Source: an uncultured Planctomycetota bacterium (GTDB taxonomy: Bacteria; Planctomycetota; PLA2; JAEUHO01). From it: a DNA stretch of 64,000 bases. Below the pieces are notes generated by a model, which had not been told where the DNA came from, ran no database searches, and saw only the letters and a program-made list of their open reading frames with translations. A program made the translations under genes and the position numbers. Below are positions 9,079-17,557 of the stretch, one piece after another. How positions within the stretch are numbered: position 1 is the stretch's first letter; every line of letters begins with the position of its first letter. The DNA is taken from positions 576,001 to 640,000 of the forward strand of contig CAVVXN010000001.1 in the NCBI GenBank assembly GCA_963752285.1, given 5' to 3'.

Positions 9079-11064
9079 ATGGGAAGGTCGAGAGCGGGGG
9101 CGGGGTTCGCGGCGGTGGTGTTGGCGGTGCTCGTGTCCCTCGGCGGGTCCCCGCCGAGGACCGCGCGGGCCGACGAGCCCGTGTCGCTCGTGGACTGGCT
9201 CAAGGGCCACGGCCGCGACGCGAGCTTCGAGGCGCGGCGCGCGATCTTCCGGCGCCTCTTCCCGGGCGAGCCGTACACGGGCTCGGCCGAGGAGAACGTG
9301 AAGCTCCTGGAGGCGCTCCGGCGCGAGGAGGGGGGCATGGCCGACGGCAGCGCGGACACCGGCTCCCCGCCGATGATCGTTCGCCGGAGGTCCGGGAACG
9401 TCGAGTACGAGGTGGACCTCGCGCGCCAGGTCCTGGAGCTCGAGCTCCGGGAGGACCGGCGCACGGAGTGGCGGGACTGGGGGGCGCCGCCCCAGCCCGA
9501 CCGCGTCGAGGAGCCGCCGGTAGAGCCGAGGCTCGACGTCGCGAGCGCAACACGCTTCGTCTCCGCGTCGGTGCTGGCCCAGAAGGCGAAGGTCTTCGAC
9601 GACGGCCTCTACGCGGCGGTGGAGATGCTGGCGGAGGACGCGCTCGGGACACACCCGGGGAAGCGCGCGCTCCTCCTGCGGCTCCGGACGCTCCTCGACC
9701 AGGCCGGCGCGACGGGCGCGGGCGCCGCGGTCTCCGTGGCGGCGGCGGACCTGGGCGGCGTGGACGGGCCGACGCCGGCAGGCCTCCGGGCGGAGGTGGA
9801 GAATCGGAGGCGGGAATTCGACGCCGACCCGCTCCTCTCCAAGCCGCTCGGCTTCTACACCTGGAGCGACGCGCTCCGCCGCGTGTTCCGCCAGGACCGG
9901 ATGCTCCAGACGGAGCTTTGCGCGCCGGACGTGGAGGAGGTCGTCCAGGCCCTCGCGAGGGACCCGGAAGCCGCGGCCTCCTACACCGCGATGCTCGAGC
10001 TGTACGAGCGACTCACGAACCCGTACGCCTCGGTGGACCTGCGGTCGCTCCTCGGAGGGGAGGCGACTCCTCGCGGGGAGGCGGTCCGGATCCTTCCGGC
10101 GTCGCGTGCGTACGAGACGGACCTCGTGAAGCGGTTCTGGGGGGACCGTCCCGTGCCCGAGGGCGCCTCGGCCATCGACCTCCTGGTCCGCGAGGTGACC
10201 TCGGGCCGTCTCTCGCTGCGACCGAACGAAGGGTCGGGCTGGTACGACCGCCAGACCTGGGCGCTCGAGCCCCTGATCCGTCCCGACGAGACCCCGGAGG
10301 CGAAGAAGCTCCGTCTCGGCCCCCGCTATCGCGCGTACCTCGTCGAGCTCTTTAAGGGGCTCCTCGCGCTCACGCGCGAAACGCACGTGAAGCAGCTCGA
10401 GATCCCGCCGGCCGGCGCCGCCGCGCCGCCCCGAGAGCCGCTCTTCGTGCGTCCCGAGCTCTCCGTCGAGCCGCTCGCCACCCACTACCGGCGCCGCGCG
10501 GCGTCCTACGCCTACGTGCGCGGCGTGCTCGTCGGCGCGTTCGGCGAGGCGCGCCTCACGGGCGCCCATCGCCTCACGGCCGAGGGGCCGGTGGCGGAGC
10601 CGCTCCTCGCGGAGCTCGACCGGATGCAGAAGCTGTTCCGGGGCGCGGCACAGACGGCGTTCCAGGAGGTCGGCTCGAGCGAGGCGTCCCCCACGCCGGA
10701 GGCCGCCGCGGACCGCCAGGCCTTCTCGACGTGGGCCCAGGCCCTCGCCTCCGATCCCGATCTCGGACGCGACGCCCGGATGATGGTCCCGGTCTTCTAC
10801 GACGTTCCGAGGCACGAGACGAAGGTGTGGGTGTTCCTCGGGTGGACGGAGCAGGCGCTCGAGGTCCAGTTCGTCGCGCGTCCCGTCGTCACGATCCCGG
10901 GCGCGTCGGGCGACCGGCCGATCGAGTTCTACGGCACCACGTACTCCGTCTGCTCGCCGGTCGTCGCCGAGGTCTACGTGACCGAGCTCCTCGACCGAAC
11001 CCAGATGCGGGCCCTCTGCGACCAGTACAAGACCCGCTCGGCGATCCTCGCACACCTGCGGTAG
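9079..11064 (+). CDS. Secreted protein: N-terminal DUF3597-like module plus DUF3160-like core
   Basis: Signal peptide; SLVDWLKGHGRDASFEARR...YTGSAEENVKLL; KAKVFDDGLYAAVE, SKPLGFYTW, LALTRETHVKQ; GC3-rich codon usage in this frame. Confidence 0.65.
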   Translation: MGRSRAGAGFAAVVLAVLVSLGGSPPRTARADEPVSLVDWLKGHGRDASFEARRAIFRRLFPGEPYTGSAEENVKLLEALRREEGGMADGSADTGSPPMIVRRRSGNVEYEVDLARQVLELELREDRRTEWRDWGAPPQPDRVEEPPVEPRLDVASATRFVSASVLAQKAKVFDDGLYAAVEMLAEDALGTHPGKRALLLRLRTLLDQAGATGAGAAVSVAAADLGGVDGPTPAGLRAEVENRRREFDADPLLSKPLGFYTWSDALRRVFRQDRMLQTELCAPDVEEVVQALARDPEAAASYTAMLELYERLTNPYASVDLRSLLGGEATPRGEAVRILPASRAYETDLVKRFWGDRPVPEGASAIDLLVREVTSGRLSLRPNEGSGWYDRQTWALEPLIRPDETPEAKKLRLGPRYRAYLVELFKGLLALTRETHVKQLEIPPAGAAAPPREPLFVRPELSVEPLATHYRRRAASYAYVRGVLVGAFGEARLTGAHRLTAEGPVAEPLLAELDRMQKLFRGAAQTAFQEVGSSEASPTPEAAADRQAFSTWAQALASDPDLGRDARMMVPVFYDVPRHETKVWVFLGWTEQALEVQFVARPVVTIPGASGDRPIEFYGTTYSVCSPVVAEVYVTELLDRTQMRALCDQYKTRSAILAHLR

Positions 11065-11096
11065 GGGGGCGGCTCGTCGCCCCGCACGCGGCAGCG

Positions 11097-11960
11097 CTAC
11101 GACGAGGCGAGTCGGTAGAAGAGCTGTCGCTTCGTCTCCCGGCAGCCGTTACGGGAGAACACGCGGCGCATCGGCTCGTTTCGGACGTCGGTCGACCCCA
11201 CGTACGACCTCGCGCGCCCCGAGAGGCAGGCGAGGCCGAACGCGTGGAGCGTGGCGCCGTAGCCCCGGCCCCGGTGCGCCGGCAGCACGCCAATGTAGAA
11301 GATCGTCCCGCGGGGATCGTCGGGGTAGGGCTGCGGCAGGACGACGCCGACCGGCGCCCCGCCGTCGAGCGCCGTGTACCACCCGCCGGCGCTCCACGCC
11401 GTGCCTGCGTCCCGGACGAGCTCGGCGTACTGCTCCTCGCGAGGGCTCGCGTCACGGTCCTCGAACGGGTCTCCCGCCGTGCACGCGTAGAGGAGGTCGA
11501 TGAACCCCTTCTCTCCGTAGGCCTCGAGCGGAACGAACGAGAGCGAGGTCTTTGGCCGTTGCACGTCGTCCAGGGCCCGCTCGACGAACACCTTCTCGCG
11601 GTGGAGCACGAACCCGGCGGCCTCGATCGCGCTCCGGAGGCGCGCGCCGCTCCCCTCGCTCCACAGGAGGAGGTCGCCCCCGACGGTCTCGGCGAGGCGC
11701 GCGGCGAGCGGGTGCCGGGCGCGGTCGTCCCGCTCGACGTAGCTCCGCAGCACGTCGAGACGCTCGTCCCGCCCGACGCGGAGCGCGGCCAGCGGGACGG
11801 AGCCCGCCACGACGACGAGGTAGCTCGAACCGTGGGGTGCGCGCTCGTCCTGGTCCCGCATCCGCGTCCACGCGCCCGGGCCGGCCAGCGCGTCCCAGAG
11901 GGAGGCTCCCTCGGGCGTGACCTCCACGACCCGAGGCGCGTCGTCGCCGGCCGTCGTCAC
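11097..11960 (-). CDS. GNAT family N-acetyltransferase
   Basis: IFYIGVLPAHRGRGYG acetyl-CoA motif and TDVRNEPMRRVFSRNG; start overlaps the permease stop. Confidence 0.9.
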   Translation of the reverse strand: MTTAGDDAPRVVEVTPEGASLWDALAGPGAWTRMRDQDERAPHGSSYLVVVAGSVPLAALRVGRDERLDVLRSYVERDDRARHPLAARLAETVGGDLLLWSEGSGARLRSAIEAAGFVLHREKVFVERALDDVQRPKTSLSFVPLEAYGEKGFIDLLYACTAGDPFEDRDASPREEQYAELVRDAGTAWSAGGWYTALDGGAPVGVVLPQPYPDDPRGTIFYIGVLPAHRGRGYGATLHAFGLACLSGRARSYVGSTDVRNEPMRRVFSRNGCRETKRQLFYRLASS

Positions 11961-13066
11961 GCGAGGTACTTGTGGAATCGGAGCGCCACCACGCCGCTCA
12001 GGACCACGCCGATCCCCACGAGCGGGAGGACGTGTGCCATCAGGTCGGTTCCGGACGCGCCGCGGAGCACGATGCCGCGGAGGATCTCGATGAAGTACGT
12101 CGCGGGGATCAGGTACGTGATCGCGCGGATGGGCGTCGGCATCGACTGGCGCGGGAACATGAAGCCCGAGAGCAGCACCGAGGGCAGGAGCACGGCGAGC
12201 GTCATCAACATCGCCTGGAGCTGGTTCCGGGCGATCGTGGAGATGACGAGCCCCAGCGCGAGGCTCGTGAACAGGAACAGGCCCGTGAACGCCGCGAGCT
12301 CGCCCACGCTCCCGGCGATCGGCACGTCGAACACGTACACCATCGCGAGGAGCACGAGAACGGTCTCGCCCGCGCCGATCAGGACGGCGGGAAGGATCTT
12401 CCCGAGCGTCAGGCCGAGACTCGAGACCGGCGTCACGAGGAGCTGCTCGAGCGTGCCCCGCTCGCGCTCCCGGACGATGGCGAAGGCCGTGAGCACCATC
12501 GTGACGAGCTGGAGGATGATGCCCGCGAGACCGGGCACGAAGAAGTGCTCGCTCCGCCCCGCGGGGTTGTAGAGCAGGCGGGGCCTCACGTCGTACGCCA
12601 TCGAGACGCCATGCGCCGCCGCGCCTTGCTCCGCGCGGTCGATCCCGAGGCCGATCACCGCGGCGCGCGCCTGGTTCGCGAGATTCGAGTCGGAGCCGTC
12701 GATCAGCACCTGCACCGGCATCGGTTGGCCCTGGAGCCGTCGTTCCTCGAGGTCGGCGGGATAGAGGACCGTGACGCGCGCGCGGCCCGCCCGCATCTCG
12801 GTGAGCGCCGCATCGCGGTCGGGCGCCTCCCCGATCACGAGGAAGGTGCCCGTCGCGCCGAGGCCCTCGGTGAACGCGCGGCTCGTGCGCGTGTGCGCGC
12901 GATCCACGACCAGCGTGGGGATGTCCCGGATCTCGGTGTCGATCGCGTACCCGAAGATCGTGAGCTGCACGACCGGGATCATGAGCGCCAACACGAGGGT
13001 CGCGGGATCGCGCCGGACGTGGCGGATCTCCTTGTACAGGACGGCGGTCAGCCCCCTACCGAGCAC
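11957..13066 (-). CDS. ABC-2 transporter permease (YbhR/YbhS-like)
   Basis: KEIRHVRRD, FVPGLAGIILQ, RERERGTLEQLLVTP, LLSGFMFP. Confidence 0.95.
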   Translation of the reverse strand: MLGRGLTAVLYKEIRHVRRDPATLVLALMIPVVQLTIFGYAIDTEIRDIPTLVVDRAHTRTSRAFTEGLGATGTFLVIGEAPDRDAALTEMRAGRARVTVLYPADLEERRLQGQPMPVQVLIDGSDSNLANQARAAVIGLGIDRAEQGAAAHGVSMAYDVRPRLLYNPAGRSEHFFVPGLAGIILQLVTMVLTAFAIVRERERGTLEQLLVTPVSSLGLTLGKILPAVLIGAGETVLVLLAMVYVFDVPIAGSVGELAAFTGLFLFTSLALGLVISTIARNQLQAMLMTLAVLLPSVLLSGFMFPRQSMPTPIRAITYLIPATYFIEILRGIVLRGASGTDLMAHVLPLVGIGVVLSGVVALRFHKYLA

Positions 13067-14003
13067 GCTGCGCCCTCCGCGTCATCGTGACGAACACGTC
13101 CTCGAGCGAGGGCGATATCTCGCGGGGCTCGATCGAGCGTCCGAGATCGTCGGGGAGCGCGTCGACGACCTGCTCGACCGGGACGCCGGGCTCCAGAAGC
13201 ACGTGGACCGACTCGCCGAAGACCGTCGCCTCGGCCACGCCCGCCACGTCCTTCACCGCGCGGAACACCTCCGTCACCTTCGGCGTGCAGAGCTCGACGC
13301 GCTTCGATCCCTCGGGCGTCACCTCCGGACGGCCCTTCAATTCGGTGGGGCTCCCGTTCACGAGGAGGTGGCTCTGGTAGATGTACGCGAGGTGGTCGCA
13401 GCGCTCGGCCTCGTCCATGTAGTGCGTCGTCACGAAGAGCGTCTTGCCGCGCGCGGCGAGCTCGAAGAGCAGGTTCCAGAGTGCGCGGCGCGCGACGGGG
13501 TCGATGCCCGCCGTCGGCTCGTCGAGGAAGAGGACGTCGGGCTCGTGGAGCAGCGCGCCCGCCAGCGCGAGGCGTTGCTTCCAGCCTCCCGAGAGCGTGC
13601 CCGCGCGGCGCCGCTCGTACTCGCCCAGTCCCGTCAGCTCGACCACCGCCGCGCGCCGCTCGGCGAGCCTCGCGCCCGACAACCCGTACGCCCGGCCGAA
13701 GAACGTGAGGTTCTCGTACGCGGTGAGGTCCTCGTAGAGGCTGAAGCGCTGCGACATGTAGCCGATGCGACGGCGAACCTGGAGCGGGTATTTCGCCACC
13801 TCCAGCCCCAGCACCGACGCGCGACCCTCGCTCGGGCGGAGCAGGCCGCAGAGCATGCGGATGATCGTGGTCTTGCCCGAGCCGTTGGGGCCGAGCAGGC
13901 CGAAGATCGCGCCGCGCCGCACGTCGAGGTCCACGTGGTCCACCGCGGTGAGCTTTCCGAAGCGCCGCGTGAGGCCCTCGGTGTGGATGGCCGGGTCGTT
14001 CAC
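13056..14003 (-). CDS. ABC transporter ATP-binding protein (YbhF-like)
   Basis: Walker A GPNGSGKTT, signature LSGGWKQR, Walker B LFLDEPT, TTHYMDEAE; GTG start overlaps the upstream stop. Confidence 0.95.
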   Translation of the reverse strand: MNDPAIHTEGLTRRFGKLTAVDHVDLDVRRGAIFGLLGPNGSGKTTIIRMLCGLLRPSEGRASVLGLEVAKYPLQVRRRIGYMSQRFSLYEDLTAYENLTFFGRAYGLSGARLAERRAAVVELTGLGEYERRRAGTLSGGWKQRLALAGALLHEPDVLFLDEPTAGIDPVARRALWNLLFELAARGKTLFVTTHYMDEAERCDHLAYIYQSHLLVNGSPTELKGRPEVTPEGSKRVELCTPKVTEVFRAVKDVAGVAEATVFGESVHVLLEPGVPVEQVVDALPDDLGRSIEPREISPSLEDVFVTMTRRAQRAR

Positions 14004-15118
14004 TCGACGTGGACGTCCGCCCACATCCCGTCCTTCAGGCGGGAGGCGTCGCCTTCGATCACGATCTTCACGGCGAACACCTGCGTGACGCGGTCTTCGC
14101 GCGTCTGGACGTTCCGGGGCGTGTACTCGGCGCGCCGGGAGACCCACACGACGTGGCCCGGCAGTGGCGGGTGTCCGTCCGGACGGATGGTCGCCCGCTG
14201 CCCGACCGTGACCTTGGCGAGGTCGGCCTCCGGCACGTAGACCACGATCCACGGCTTCTCGCGGAGCAGGAGCACCCCCACGGGCGCGCCGGCCTGGAGG
14301 AGGTCGCCCGGCCGCACGTCGAGGGTCTGCACGAACGCGTCCCTCGGCGCCTTGACCTCGAGCTCGGAGACCTTGACCTCCGCCGCGGCGATCCGGGCCT
14401 TCGCCGCGTCGAGCTGCGACCTCTTGGCGGCGATCTCCTCGGGTCTCGACCCCGCCTCGAGAGCCTTTACGCGTTCCACCTCTGCGAGCCACGCCTGGCG
14501 GGCGGCCTCCACCTCTTCGGGGCGCAGGCCCTTCTCGAGGAGCTGGACGCGCTGTTCGGCCGCGGCCTTCTTGGCGAGCGCGACGTCCCGGGCCGACACC
14601 GCGCGGTCCAGGCTCGCCTGCGGCTCGACGCGCTTCTCGACGAGCGGCTCGAGGCGATGGACCTCCTTCTCCTTCTCCTCCAGGTCGGCCTCGGCCGCGT
14701 GGACCTCCTCGCGCGCGGCCTGGACCTCCTCGGGCCGCGACCCCTGGGCGGTCACCTGCCAGAGGAGCTCCATGCGTTTCGCCTCGGCCTCAGCGCGGGC
14801 GATGTCCTCCTTCCGCGGGCCGGCCACGAGGAGCGCGAGCTCGCGCGACGTCGCCTCGGCGAGCGCCCGCGCCTCCTCGAGGGCGCTCTGCCACTCGGCG
14901 GGATCGAGCTCGAGGAGGGTCTCCCCGGCGGTCGCCGCGTCGCCCTCGTCCTTCAGGACCCTCGCGACGCGGCCGCCGACGAGCGAGCCCACCTCGACGT
15001 CGGGGAACTCGACGGTGCCCGACCAGGTGAGCGGCTCGGTCTCGCCGCCGCACCCCGCGGCGAAGAGGAAGACCGCCAGGAAGCCGAACCCCCGCCACCG
15101 ATGCCGCCCACGTCGCAT
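14000..15118 (-). CDS. HlyD-family efflux periplasmic adaptor (YbhG-like lipoprotein)
   Basis: FAAGC lipobox; GSLVGGRVARVLKDEGD lipoyl-like half, long coiled coil, AEYTPRNVQT...LKDGMWAD. Confidence 0.92.
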   Translation of the reverse strand: MRRGRHRWRGFGFLAVFLFAAGCGGETEPLTWSGTVEFPDVEVGSLVGGRVARVLKDEGDAATAGETLLELDPAEWQSALEEARALAEATSRELALLVAGPRKEDIARAEAEAKRMELLWQVTAQGSRPEEVQAAREEVHAAEADLEEKEKEVHRLEPLVEKRVEPQASLDRAVSARDVALAKKAAAEQRVQLLEKGLRPEEVEAARQAWLAEVERVKALEAGSRPEEIAAKRSQLDAAKARIAAAEVKVSELEVKAPRDAFVQTLDVRPGDLLQAGAPVGVLLLREKPWIVVYVPEADLAKVTVGQRATIRPDGHPPLPGHVVWVSRRAEYTPRNVQTREDRVTQVFAVKIVIEGDASRLKDGMWADVHVE

Positions 15119-15184
15119 GGCCGCCCAGGATAGCGGTCCGCCCGCCCCCGACCGCGCGTCCTTGGGCACGGCGCGGAGGGCGGG

Positions 15185-16234
15185 TCAGAGCGGGGGGCGC
15201 GCGACGATCGGCCCGACCCGTGCGCCGGCCGGCGGGTCCTCGGAGTCCACGGCGGGGCGGACGACGTTCCCGCCGACCTCCTTCGCGCGTCGGAGCTCCT
15301 CGTTCGCGGCCTGGATCATGTCCTCGATCGTGCGCGGCATGTCCCTCGCGTTCGCGGCGACGCCCACGCTGATCGTGAGCGGCTCGGGGAGGTCCTCGGT
15401 GGTGCTGCGCGCGATCTGGTCGCGGATGCGGTCCATCGCGGCCACCGCCGACTCGATGCCCTGCGCGGCGAGGATCAACACGAACTCGTCGCCGCCGAAG
15501 CGGTACGCCGGCTCGCCCGACTTTCCGTCGGGACGGTACACGAGGTCGCCGCGCCGGCACGCGTCCCTGAGCATCGTGGCCACGAACCGAAGCGCCGCGT
15601 CGCCGACGCGGAGCCCGTAGTCCTTGTTGAAGCGGCCGAACCGGTCCACGTCCACGAGCGCGATGGCGAAGGGCGCTTCGTAGCGCCGGTCGTTGGCGTC
15701 GAGGACGTCGAGGTCCTCGCGCAGGCGGAGACGGTTCGGGAGTCCCGTCAGGGCGTCGAGCCGGGCCTGGTCGAAGAGCTCGCCGTTCTGCTTCACGAGG
15801 GAGGCGTTCCGGCGGGAGAGCGCCTCGACCTTCGTCTCCAGCTCGCGGAGGCGGCGGTAGACCGTCCGCTGTTCGAGCGCCCGCTCGACCACGCCGAGCA
15901 GGTCGGTCAGGTGCCAGGGCTTCTCGAGGATCGAGAAGGCGCCGCGGCGGAGCTCGCCGAGGGCCTCGATCATGTACTCGACGCCCGAGGTGACGACGAC
16001 CGGCGTCCGCCACCGGAGCAGCTCGTAGACCTCGGCGAGGAACGCGGCGCCGGTCATCCGCGGCATGTGGAGGTCGCAGATGATCAGGTCGTAGTCGACC
16101 TCGGCGGCGTGGACCCGTTCGAAGCCCTGGCGGCCGTCCTGCGCACGGTCCACCGCGTGACCGGCCTCCTCCAGGACGCGCGCGAGGACGTCGGCGACCT
16201 CGGCCTCGTCCTCGAGGATCAGGATGTGCGCCAT
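15185..16234 (-). CDS. Response regulator receiver-GGDEF diguanylate cyclase
   Basis: ILILEDE...DLIICDLHMPRMTG...LEKP receiver; DALTGLPNR, DVDRFGRFNKDYG, YRFGGDEF. Confidence 0.93.
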   Translation of the reverse strand: MAHILILEDEAEVADVLARVLEEAGHAVDRAQDGRQGFERVHAAEVDYDLIICDLHMPRMTGAAFLAEVYELLRWRTPVVVTSGVEYMIEALGELRRGAFSILEKPWHLTDLLGVVERALEQRTVYRRLRELETKVEALSRRNASLVKQNGELFDQARLDALTGLPNRLRLREDLDVLDANDRRYEAPFAIALVDVDRFGRFNKDYGLRVGDAALRFVATMLRDACRRGDLVYRPDGKSGEPAYRFGGDEFVLILAAQGIESAVAAMDRIRDQIARSTTEDLPEPLTISVGVAANARDMPRTIEDMIQAANEELRRAKEVGGNVVRPAVDSEDPPAGARVGPIVARPPL

Positions 16235-16491
16235 GCCGCCCCCCTGGCCGTTCCCCCCGGTCCAATGGATCGAACGCCGGCCTTCAAGGACCTTCCGGTG
16301 GTGAGGGTGTCCCAGGATCGGCCGGGTGGCCACCCCGGCTTGCCCCCGCCGGGGGCCCCACCCGGCACGGAGACGTAAGCATCGGAGGAACAGCGACTTA
16401 TAACATGGATCCCCGCCGACACGGGCGACCGTCCCTCGGCCACGGCCCCGTCCCGTGGCGGGCCGCGGGGCCGCGGCCGACAATCCGTCGC

Positions 16492-17523
16492 ATGTCCCGC
16501 GCCGCGCGCCGTGCTCCGCCCGCCCTCTTCCTGGCCCTCGCGCTCGGCGCCTCCCTCGGGGCGCGAGCGCCGGAGGGCCGCGCGGGAGACGAGGCGGCCC
16601 TCCTCCTCGTGGCGCGGATCCCGCTCGTCGGCGTCGGGGGCCGGATCGACCATCTCTCGCTCGACGCCGCGGGCCAACGACTCTTCGTGGCGGCGCTCGG
16701 GAACGACTCGGTCGAGGTGGTGGACCTCGCGAAGTCGGCGCGGTCGGGGCGAATCGAGGGGCTCCACGAGCCGCAGGGCGTGCTCTGGCTCGCCGACCCG
16801 GGCCGGCTCCTCGTGACGAACGGCGAGGGCGGCGACGCGCGGCTGTACGGGCCGGACCTGGCCGAGGCGGCGCGCGTGAGGACCCCGTCCGACCCCGACA
16901 ACGTACGTGCGGGTACCGGAACGGACGGGGCCGGGCGGGCCTGGCTCGGCGCGGGCGGCGAGTCGTCGGGCGCGCTCGTCCTCGTGGACGCGCGGCGGGG
17001 AGAGAAGCTCTCCGAGATCGCGCTCTCGGGCCACCCCGAGGCGTTCCAGCTCGAGGCGGACGGGCGCCGGGCCTTCGTGAACGTGCCCTCCGCGCGTGCC
17101 GTGGAGGTCCTGGACCGCGACGCGGCGAAGGTCGTCGCGCGGTGGGCGCTCCCGCACGGCTCGAACTTCCCGATGGCGCTCGACGAGGGGTCGGGCCGGC
17201 TCTTCGTCGCTTGTCGGCGCCCTGCGCGCCTCGTCGTCCTCGACACCAAGACCGGGGCCGTGGTCGCGGACGTCGAGGCCCCGGGCGACGCCGACGACGT
17301 GTTCGTGGACGCCGCCCGCCACCGGGTCTACGTCTCAGCGGGCGCCGGCGTGGTGCGCGTCTACGCGCGGGGCGAGGGCGAGGCGCTCGACGTCGTGGGC
17401 GACGTCCCGACCGCGCCGGGCGCGCGGACGTCCCTCTTCGACCCCGACGGCGACCGCCTCTACGTGGCCGCGCCGCGCCAGGGGAAGCACGAGGCCGAGA
17501 TCCTCGTCCTCCGGCCCCGGTGA
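16492..17523 (+). CDS. Secreted YncE/YVTN-like beta-propeller protein
   Basis: Signal peptide; GRIDHLSLD, NDSVEVVDL, HPEAFQLE, NFPMALD, GDADDVFVD, TAPGARTSLF. Confidence 0.85.
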   Translation: MSRAARRAPPALFLALALGASLGARAPEGRAGDEAALLLVARIPLVGVGGRIDHLSLDAAGQRLFVAALGNDSVEVVDLAKSARSGRIEGLHEPQGVLWLADPGRLLVTNGEGGDARLYGPDLAEAARVRTPSDPDNVRAGTGTDGAGRAWLGAGGESSGALVLVDARRGEKLSEIALSGHPEAFQLEADGRRAFVNVPSARAVEVLDRDAAKVVARWALPHGSNFPMALDEGSGRLFVACRRPARLVVLDTKTGAVVADVEAPGDADDVFVDAARHRVYVSAGAGVVRVYARGEGEALDVVGDVPTAPGARTSLFDPDGDRLYVAAPRQGKHEAEILVLRPR

Positions 17524-17557
17524 CCGTTCGCGGTGCGCGCCACGGCCGCGCGCCCCA

